A DNA stretch of 64,000 nucleotides, taken from sequence record SRR20825010_2423. One strand, given 5' to 3'. The position numbers and the translations under genes were made by a program. Below are positions 57,311 to 64,000 of the stretch, piece after piece. The notes below the pieces were generated by a model. The model worked only from the letters and a program-made list of their open reading frames with translations, ran no database searches and was not told the origin of the DNA. Every line of letters starts with the position of its first letter. Within the stretch, counting starts at the first letter, position 1.

Positions 57311-58207
57311 ATGTCCAGGTTCTTGCCCGCACCCGTCAAAGGCGTGCTCGCAGTGCTTTGTATTGTTCTTAACACCCTTTGGCTATTCCCGATCCTGATG
57401 GTGTTTGCCGTGATCAAGTTGTTGATCCCGACGCCTTCGGTTCGCAAAGGCTGCACCATCGTTCTGAACCGCATCGCGTGGTTCTGGATTGGCTTCAACA
57501 ATGTGCTGGCTGACGTACTTCACAACATCGAGTGGGATGTCCGCGGCGCTGAGGGCCTGAGCCGCGAACACTGGTACTTCGTCACCTGCAACCATCAGAG
57601 CTGGGCCGACATTCCGGCCATCCAACACGTATTGAACAGCCGCATCCCGCTATTGAAATTTTTCCTCAAACAGCAATTGATCTGGGTACCCTTGCTGGGC
57701 GTGGCCTGGTGGGCGCTGGACTTCCCCTTCATGCGACGCCACACCAAGGAGCAGATAGCCCGGCGTCCGGAATTGAAGGGCAAGGACGTGGAAGCCACTC
57801 GAGCCGCCTGTGAGAAGTTCCGGTATACACCGGTGACCATTTTCAACTTCATGGAAGGTACACGGCTCACACCGGCCAAACACCAGAGTCAGAATTCGCC
57901 CCACAAACACCTGCTAAGGCCTCGCGCAGGCGGTACGGCCTTTGTACTGGAAGCCATGGGCGAGTCCCTGCACACCATGCTGGATGTGACCATCGTATAT
58001 CCGGACGGCAAGTCCGGCATTTGGGATTACCTGTGCGGGCGGATCCAACGGATTGTGGTTGATATTCGAACGCGAGAAATTCCACACCGTTTCCTGGGCA
58101 TGGACTACGAAAACAACCGTGAAATACGGGCGGACTTCCAGCGTTGGGTAAGCCAGGTATGGGAAGAAAAGGACGCTCTTATAGACGAGCTGAAGCAGAC
58201 TGGCTGA
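57311..58207 (+). CDS. PlsC-superfamily acyltransferase (YihG-like)
   Basis: NHQSWAD, KFFLKQQL.WVP, WWALDFPFM.R, F.EGTR and PRAGG. Confidence 0.9.
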   Translation: MSRFLPAPVKGVLAVLCIVLNTLWLFPILMVFAVIKLLIPTPSVRKGCTIVLNRIAWFWIGFNNVLADVLHNIEWDVRGAEGLSREHWYFVTCNHQSWADIPAIQHVLNSRIPLLKFFLKQQLIWVPLLGVAWWALDFPFMRRHTKEQIARRPELKGKDVEATRAACEKFRYTPVTIFNFMEGTRLTPAKHQSQNSPHKHLLRPRAGGTAFVLEAMGESLHTMLDVTIVYPDGKSGIWDYLCGRIQRIVVDIRTREIPHRFLGMDYENNREIRADFQRWVSQVWEEKDALIDELKQTG

Positions 58208-58224
58208 ACGTTACAGTGCTTTCA

Positions 58225-60921
58225 CTACAGCAACCCCAGTTCACGGGCGCGGACGATGGCCTGCGTGCGTGACTTCACCTCGAGCTTGGCGTTGATACGA
58301 CGAGCATGGGTTTTGACCGTGTGCAACGAGATGTGAAGGCGGTCGGCAATGTCCTGGTTCGACAACCCCTGGGCAATCAACTCAAGCACTCCCTGCTCCC
58401 GGTCGCTGATAGGCTCAGCCAGAGACGCGTGCTCTTTCATGTCGGTGAGACCGTAAAGCCTCCCTATCGCGTCGACAAATGGCGCATCTGGCAGCTGGGT
58501 CCAGGTTTTCTCAAGCAGTTCCTGAAGTTCTCCCCTCAGCTCCGCGAAGGGGCTGATGTAGTGCTCTTCTCCTGCCATGGCTATAGTGGCGGTCAGTATT
58601 TTCTGGGCAGCGGAAGGGCCTTTCTGGCGCCAGCTAAGGACACTTTCCAGCAGCCTGGAATATAAGTCCAAACCGAAAGGCAATGTCTCCCCGCCGTTGT
58701 CCCGAATGTTCCGGACGGTTTCAGCAGCCTTGATGTCATCACCCCGCGCCAGTTCGATCCTCGCCTGCAGGCATTGCAGCATGCCAGGCATCATTGGGAA
58801 CATTTCCGGCACGCAATTCACCTCCCGCCATGGCTTGAGCCGTTCCATAGCCTGTGCCGCCGTGTCCGTCTGACCCAGAGCCAGCCAGCCGCTGATTTTC
58901 AGAGCCTCAAGCACAGGCACATAGACGGACTCGTCGACCTGCCACGACTGCATTGTTCGCTCGGCACGACCAATCCAGGCAAACGCATCGTCCATCCGAT
59001 TCTGGGTGCGGCAAATCAACACCCTCAGCGCCATGGCCAGCAGCAACCCAAGATCGCGGGTTTGCTCAGCATGGCGAACACAGGTCACCAACAGCCGGTC
59101 TGCTTCCGCCTGTCGTCCCTGGTGCCAAAGCACCATCACCAGATTTAGCTGTAGGCGTGTTTCGCCAACACGTGCGGGCCGCGATGACTCGTTCATGGCG
59201 GTATCCAGACCAGTGCGCAGCAGTTGCTCTGCGTGTTTCAACGACCCCTTGCCAAGCTCGATCCGTGCGTGGGCATAGACTGCCAGAACTTCCGAACCAG
59301 CGTCTCCAGCCTCTCGAGCCAGCCTTGCGGCAATGCGATTGGCCTCCCGGGCATCGCCAAACCTGCCAGCGGCGCATAGCGCACTGGAACGAACCAGCTG
59401 CGTCACCAGCTGGCCCTGAGTAGACAACTCCTCCGCCTGCAGGGCTCTGTCTGCGACCATCAGGGCCTCATCAACACTGCCCTCGCCGCGGAGAATAAAG
59501 GCTCTGAGCGCATCGACCCGGCCAGCAAGTTCGGGACGCTCGCCATTATCGAGATCGTTGATCAACATTCTTGCCTGCCTGAACTGACCACCGATGGCAT
59601 GGACCCAACCGTAGACAATCTTCAGACGCGCGCTTTTCTCCAGCAGCCCCGACGGCAACGACCGGCGAAGCCGAAGCAAAGACGCGGTATCCTGGCCAAT
59701 CAACAAAGCCTCTGAGCCTTCAGAGGCTATCCGGACCGATTCCTCAAGACTACCGCTCACCAGCGCATAACGCAGCGCCTCGGGAAACTGATGACGGTCA
59801 CTAAACCAGCGGCTGGCTTTCAGGGCACGCTCCTGCGACTCATCGAGGGCCGGTGTCTGTAACCAGTCGTGCAGCAAAGGGTTCAGGCGGAACCAGCGCC
59901 CACGCCCCGGCAATGGACGCAGCGGGATACCGCTTTCCGAAGCCGCAGAGGGTCGAAAGGCATGATCACACCCAGCATCAGCCAATGACAGGAACAGTTC
60001 GTCCGAGACGATCTCCATTTCCGCCATGATTCTCAGAGAACGCTGTTGACCAGGCGTTAAATGAATCAGCACAGCATCCCTGAGAAAACGCTCAACACTG
60101 AAGGTTTCCTGTATCGGCAATCGGGATTCCGGCGCGGAGTCCAGTTCCCGCTGGTACAACCCCAAAGGCGTAATCCATCCCTCAGTCAACGAAAACAGAT
60201 GCTCCACAGCAACCGTGGTCAGTTGATTACGGTCGATCGCAGCGCAGAAGAACTCGAACGTTTCCAGCCGTGTCAGTTCAAGGGAATCCGCGCCGATTCT
60301 ATTGAATCGGCCTTCCAGTTCGAATGTGTGGGTCTCAAATGGCAGCGGCTTTCTGGACACCATCACCAGCGCCAGACCAGAAGGGATGTTCTCAACCAGC
60401 TGCTGAAGCAAGGCGATGGCTGCCGGATTGGCGACGGTGCCAACGTTATCAATCACGAGCACACTGTCGCGGTCCGAGTCGCTCCAGTGAGCATCGGACA
60501 ATAGTAGGGCAAGCGCATCCGTATTGCTGGAAGCTTTCTGTTGCCCTGACGGTCGCGAGGTGGCACCGGGCGGTGTCAACGCGATTTCAAGCAAGGCCAA
60601 CAGTCGCCCGGCATCATTTTCCTGCCCGGTCAAAGCCAGCCATCGGAGGGTGTCGGGGCTACGGGAGGTTTCACGGAACGCCGCACTCAGGGCATGAGTT
60701 TTGCCATAACCGGAAGGCGCCTCAAGCAACAGAACCGAGCCCGGTGTTATTGCCGCGGTCAGTTTTTCGGTTAGCGCTGGCCTTTTGAGGTAATTCGGAA
60801 CGGGCTCCGGCATCCGTACTCGCTGGCGCAACAAATCCCTGATCAACTCGCCACGATGAGTACCGCCTAATGTTGACTGGAACTCATCGTTGGCCGCACG
60901 GCCATCATCGAATGGTTTCAC
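58225..60921 (-). CDS. MalT-like (STAND ATPase, TPR, LuxR HTH) transcriptional regulator
   Basis: APSGYGKT Walker A, LVIDN, TEGW, and C-terminal SDREQGVLELIAQGLSNQDIA..LHISLHTVKTH. Confidence 0.92.
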   Translation of the reverse strand: MKPFDDGRAANDEFQSTLGGTHRGELIRDLLRQRVRMPEPVPNYLKRPALTEKLTAAITPGSVLLLEAPSGYGKTHALSAAFRETSRSPDTLRWLALTGQENDAGRLLALLEIALTPPGATSRPSGQQKASSNTDALALLLSDAHWSDSDRDSVLVIDNVGTVANPAAIALLQQLVENIPSGLALVMVSRKPLPFETHTFELEGRFNRIGADSLELTRLETFEFFCAAIDRNQLTTVAVEHLFSLTEGWITPLGLYQRELDSAPESRLPIQETFSVERFLRDAVLIHLTPGQQRSLRIMAEMEIVSDELFLSLADAGCDHAFRPSAASESGIPLRPLPGRGRWFRLNPLLHDWLQTPALDESQERALKASRWFSDRHQFPEALRYALVSGSLEESVRIASEGSEALLIGQDTASLLRLRRSLPSGLLEKSARLKIVYGWVHAIGGQFRQARMLINDLDNGERPELAGRVDALRAFILRGEGSVDEALMVADRALQAEELSTQGQLVTQLVRSSALCAAGRFGDAREANRIAARLAREAGDAGSEVLAVYAHARIELGKGSLKHAEQLLRTGLDTAMNESSRPARVGETRLQLNLVMVLWHQGRQAEADRLLVTCVRHAEQTRDLGLLLAMALRVLICRTQNRMDDAFAWIGRAERTMQSWQVDESVYVPVLEALKISGWLALGQTDTAAQAMERLKPWREVNCVPEMFPMMPGMLQCLQARIELARGDDIKAAETVRNIRDNGGETLPFGLDLYSRLLESVLSWRQKGPSAAQKILTATIAMAGEEHYISPFAELRGELQELLEKTWTQLPDAPFVDAIGRLYGLTDMKEHASLAEPISDREQGVLELIAQGLSNQDIADRLHISLHTVKTHARRINAKLEVKSRTQAIVRARELGLL

Positions 60922-61142
60922 TCTTTGCCCCGTTGAAAGCCCGGAATCTATGAGCCCGATGGGCCCTTATCCGGCAAATGTGATCTCTGCTTTGTCGTTG
61001 CTGCGGCGCCCTGCATCGGGTACGCCTTTAGTATTAGTAGGGAGAGGTTAAACCAAATCAGGGGTAGGCTGCAAAAATTTGACGGGAAGATAACGAAATA
61101 CCGGCAAATTCCCAACATTCGAGGAAATTCAAGGACTTTAAC

Positions 61143-61175
61143 AAAAAAGCGGCGGACCCAAGGGTCCACCGCTTT
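61143..61175 (-). terminator. Rho-independent terminator after the DUF1329 gene
   Basis: The minus strand reads AAAGCGGTGGACCC-TT-GGGTCCGCCGCTTTTTT. Confidence 0.82.
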
Positions 61176-61210
61176 CCAGTCAGCCGGGATTGCTCCCGGA
61201 CAACGGTGAC

Positions 61211-62572
61211 TTACCGCGTACCTGCACGACGCAGAGCAGCGGGGGTGTAGTCACGTGACATGCGATCAACCCCAAACTCGTAAGGGTTGGATTCTTCGTT
61301 GGTCAAACCCAGAACCAGATACCGTCCAGACAACAGGTCGTACAGGGTTTCAATGGCGTACCAGGGAACGATCTGATCGTAGAACTGCATGCTGTGCGCT
61401 TCTGCCACACGCCACAGTTCTCCGCGACCATCGTAGTGATCGATTACCGCCGCCTGCCAGGAGTCTTCATCGATATAGAAGTCACGCTGGGCGTAGATAT
61501 GACGCTCACCGTCCTTCAGTGTGGCACGCACGTGCCAGACACGGTGCAGCTCATAGCGGGTCAGATTCTGGTTGATATGACCGGCCTTGATGATTTCGTC
61601 ATAGTCCAGGCTTCGGTCGACCAGCTTGTAGGAGTTGTACGGAATGTACATTTCCTTCTTGCCAACCAGCTCCCAGTTGTAACGGTCAGGCGCACCGTTG
61701 AACATATCAAAGTTGTCGGAGGTACGCATGCCGTCCGCAGCGGTACCCGGGCCGTCATAGGCAACCTGCGGGGCGCGGCGTACACGACGCTGACCGGCGT
61801 TGTATACCCATGCGCGACGCGGTTCCTCAACCTGGTCGATGGTTTCGTGAACCAGCAGTACGTTACCAGCAAGGCGGGCCGGGGCGGTGATGGCCTGCTT
61901 GAAGTAGAACAGTACGTTCGGGTCCTGCCCCGCCTCATAGTCTTCCAGATAGGTTTTCCACGTCAGTTCGTCCTGGAATTTCACAACGCTGAAGGCGCCG
62001 TCTTCTGTCGGAGTCACCTGCCCTACGTTGCGTTGAACGGAACCACCGCGATAGCGGGTGATGTGGTTCCAGATAACTTCCAGGCCATTCTGTGGAATCG
62101 GGAATGGCGTAGCCGTCTGGTAGTTACCCAGACCATTACCATTCTTGATCAATTCCACACTCGTGGCGTTGTCAACGGTATCCTTCATGACCTGTTCCGG
62201 GTATGCAGCGGAACGGTGTGTCTCGTATACCGGCATCACGTATTCGTCATAACGCTTGATCATTGCGACCTGCCCCGGGGACAGGTTCTCCGCATACTGG
62301 TCAACGTTGCTCTGGTTGATAGTGAACTTTGGCTCCTCGTTCGGGAACGGGTTCACGTAGATACCATCGTTTTTGTACCCGGCAGGAGGTGTCGTCAGAC
62401 CTCCATCCCAGGCCGGAATAGCGCCCCCGTTACCCGCTTTCTCAGCACCCATTGGCGTGAGCGAGTCACCGAGCTTGGCCGCTTCCTGTGCGGAAACCGC
62501 GCCAAAGGCGTTACCCGCAATCAACGTTGCGGACAGAATGCCAGTGACCAGTAGCTTCTTGTTCAGTTTCAT
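61211..62572 (-). CDS. DUF1329-domain periplasmic protein
   Basis: Signal peptide, LTPMGAEKAGN..IPAWDGG, PFPIP.NG.E.IWNH, AWVYNAGQRRVRRAP, YIPYN and YELHRVW. Confidence 0.92.
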   Translation of the reverse strand: MKLNKKLLVTGILSATLIAGNAFGAVSAQEAAKLGDSLTPMGAEKAGNGGAIPAWDGGLTTPPAGYKNDGIYVNPFPNEEPKFTINQSNVDQYAENLSPGQVAMIKRYDEYVMPVYETHRSAAYPEQVMKDTVDNATSVELIKNGNGLGNYQTATPFPIPQNGLEVIWNHITRYRGGSVQRNVGQVTPTEDGAFSVVKFQDELTWKTYLEDYEAGQDPNVLFYFKQAITAPARLAGNVLLVHETIDQVEEPRRAWVYNAGQRRVRRAPQVAYDGPGTAADGMRTSDNFDMFNGAPDRYNWELVGKKEMYIPYNSYKLVDRSLDYDEIIKAGHINQNLTRYELHRVWHVRATLKDGERHIYAQRDFYIDEDSWQAAVIDHYDGRGELWRVAEAHSMQFYDQIVPWYAIETLYDLLSGRYLVLGLTNEESNPYEFGVDRMSRDYTPAALRRAGTR

Positions 62573-62605
62573 TTAAATTACCTCGTTAAACGAATTCAGG
62601 CCGAA

Positions 62606-64000
62606 TCAGAATGAGTAGGAAACGCTCGCACTCACGAAATCACGGTCGGTCAACTCGTTATACGGCTTGCCACCGAAAAAGTTTGTGTAACCGATATTAC
62701 CGGTTATACGGTTTTGGTATACACCCTGAAGTGACAGGCCGATAGCCTTGTTGCCTTCGTTGAAGTTACCACCAGGCTGCGGCGCATAACCCTGAACGTC
62801 ATGGCTCCAGGCCAACTGCGGCGACAGGTTGATACCAGCGATTGCGTTCGGGTAGTCCCAAACCAAGCGCGTGCGGTAGCCCCAGGAGAAGGATGTGGTA
62901 AAGCCTTCATTAGTACAGTAGCTGGCATTGATGTTGGCACCTGCCTCACAGAAATCACCCGTGAAGTTGGAACCTTCCACCGGCAATGTACCGATACCAA
63001 AGGTACCTGAGCGACCGTAACGGGCTTCATCCTCGTCCGGAAGATCGTGAACGTAGGTGGCACCAAATTCCGTGATCAGGGAAAGGCGACTTGCCCCCAT
63101 GACCTGGTCGAAGAACTTGATCAATGTGAACTGCGCCTGGGAAACGTTGAATCGGTCGTAACCGTCAACAGGCTTTCCTGCCAGGTTGGCTCCTCCGGAT
63201 TCCTCAAGCCGCTGCTTTTCAAGCTTGCTTAGAATTTCCCCGTTCGGACCACGCTGCTGCAAACCACCATAGATCAGCTCAAACGCGTTCCACTGGAGCG
63301 GAACGTTATCACGGAAGCTGTACTCAGCACCCAGTGACCAACCACCCGGGGTGGTGGTATTGATACTGATACCATAGAGATTGATGTTTTCGGGATACTC
63401 AATGAAGTAGCTCGGAAACGTGGAGTTCGGTTCGTTCGGATCGTTCTGTTGGCTGCCGCTGGGTGAAGACGGGTTGTTCACCAAGCCACTGACATACGGC
63501 AGACGGCTGTTGTACTTGATGTAGTAGAAACCAAGCTCTGAGTCGTTCAGGGCTGGCACATACCAGCGCAGTGCGACACCAAACTGGTCTTTGGAATCCG
63601 CCTCACGGTCCGCCAGACGAGGAGCAATGAACCCCTGCGCCGCCGCTTGGGAATCAGGCAACTGACCGGCCAACAAAACCGGGCCACAGCCGTCAGCGGC
63701 AAAGTCGTTTGTCGAGAAGAATGTGCCGCAATCATCTGGGCGAACCGGCTCCCAGTCAGCTTGCACAAACGCTTCAACAGTCACGTTTTCCGTAATACCC
63801 GCCGAGGCATAGAACATTTCAACAGGCAACAGCGCGTCTTTTAGTTCGGAGCCTGGTGCCCGGAAGGCAGGTACGTCGACCGGGTTAATGGTATTGATAC
63901 CGCCCTGGATGAACGTACTTTCACCCCAGCTCAACACCTGCTTGCCGTAACGGAGACTGACCGGAACATTACCAAAGTACCAGTCCGAGAATACGTAGGC
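62606..64000 (-). CDS. DUF1302-domain outer-membrane protein (5' end lies outside the window)
   Basis: The frame is open to 64000, with GKQVLSWGESTFIQGGIN.INP.D, CGTFFS, EYPENI, SWGYR, HDV.G and DRDF...SVSYSF. Confidence 0.9.
   Translation of the reverse strand, partial: AYVFSDWYFGNVPVSLRYGKQVLSWGESTFIQGGINTINPVDVPAFRAPGSELKDALLPVEMFYASAGITENVTVEAFVQADWEPVRPDDCGTFFSTNDFAADGCGPVLLAGQLPDSQAAAQGFIAPRLADREADSKDQFGVALRWYVPALNDSELGFYYIKYNSRLPYVSGLVNNPSSPSGSQQNDPNEPNSTFPSYFIEYPENINLYGISINTTTPGGWSLGAEYSFRDNVPLQWNAFELIYGGLQQRGPNGEILSKLEKQRLEESGGANLAGKPVDGYDRFNVSQAQFTLIKFFDQVMGASRLSLITEFGATYVHDLPDEDEARYGRSGTFGIGTLPVEGSNFTGDFCEAGANINASYCTNEGFTTSFSWGYRTRLVWDYPNAIAGINLSPQLAWSHDVQGYAPQPGGNFNEGNKAIGLSLQGVYQNRITGNIGYTNFFGGKPYNELTDRDFVSASVSYSF

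Noticed and set aside
1..64000. CRISPR arrays, tRNA/rRNA genes, transposases, integrases or prophage genes
   Set aside because: No regularly spaced direct repeats, RNA-gene signatures or mobile-element ORFs were recognised by inspection.

Overview
A 64-kb chromosomal window from a GC-rich marine gammaproteobacterium, Marinobacter-like by gene content and order (inference). It is dominated by cell-surface genes. Left arm: the 3' part of a flagellin, a TPR protein with a degenerate methyltransferase-like domain, sbcB, a DUF6160-like secreted protein, a REC-CheC plus PAS-GGDEF pair, and an MvaT-type H-NS analogue. Centre (8.5-41.6 kb, all minus strand): a Wzx/Wzy surface-polysaccharide locus in the order cysQ, rfaH, wzz, wzi, SLBB export protein, wzz, wzx, a legionaminic-acid pathway with an oxidoreductase/CMP-synthetase/SDR trio suggestive of an epimer such as 8-epi-Leg, a frameshifted wzy, a candidate nonulosonate transferase, fnlABC, GT4, wbpV-like, initiating transferase, wbpM, SLC13 permease, beta-CASP nuclease and tviB. 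A perfect ops element lies inside the wzi coding sequence. Next come a heavily deleted beta-CASP pseudogene and a type IV pilus locus: pilA ending in Ser, an O-oligosaccharyltransferase-like gene, a second pilin with its own sigma54-type promoter, and divergent pilBCD-coaE-tsaA-hybrid kinase-yacG. Right arm: a YfaZ-like barrel, a large lipoprotein, a Bax-like glucosaminidase, an acyltransferase, a MalT-like regulator, DUF1329 and DUF1302. No CRISPR array, rRNA, tRNA, transposase or integrase was seen. All protein calls are by motif recognition, without database searches.
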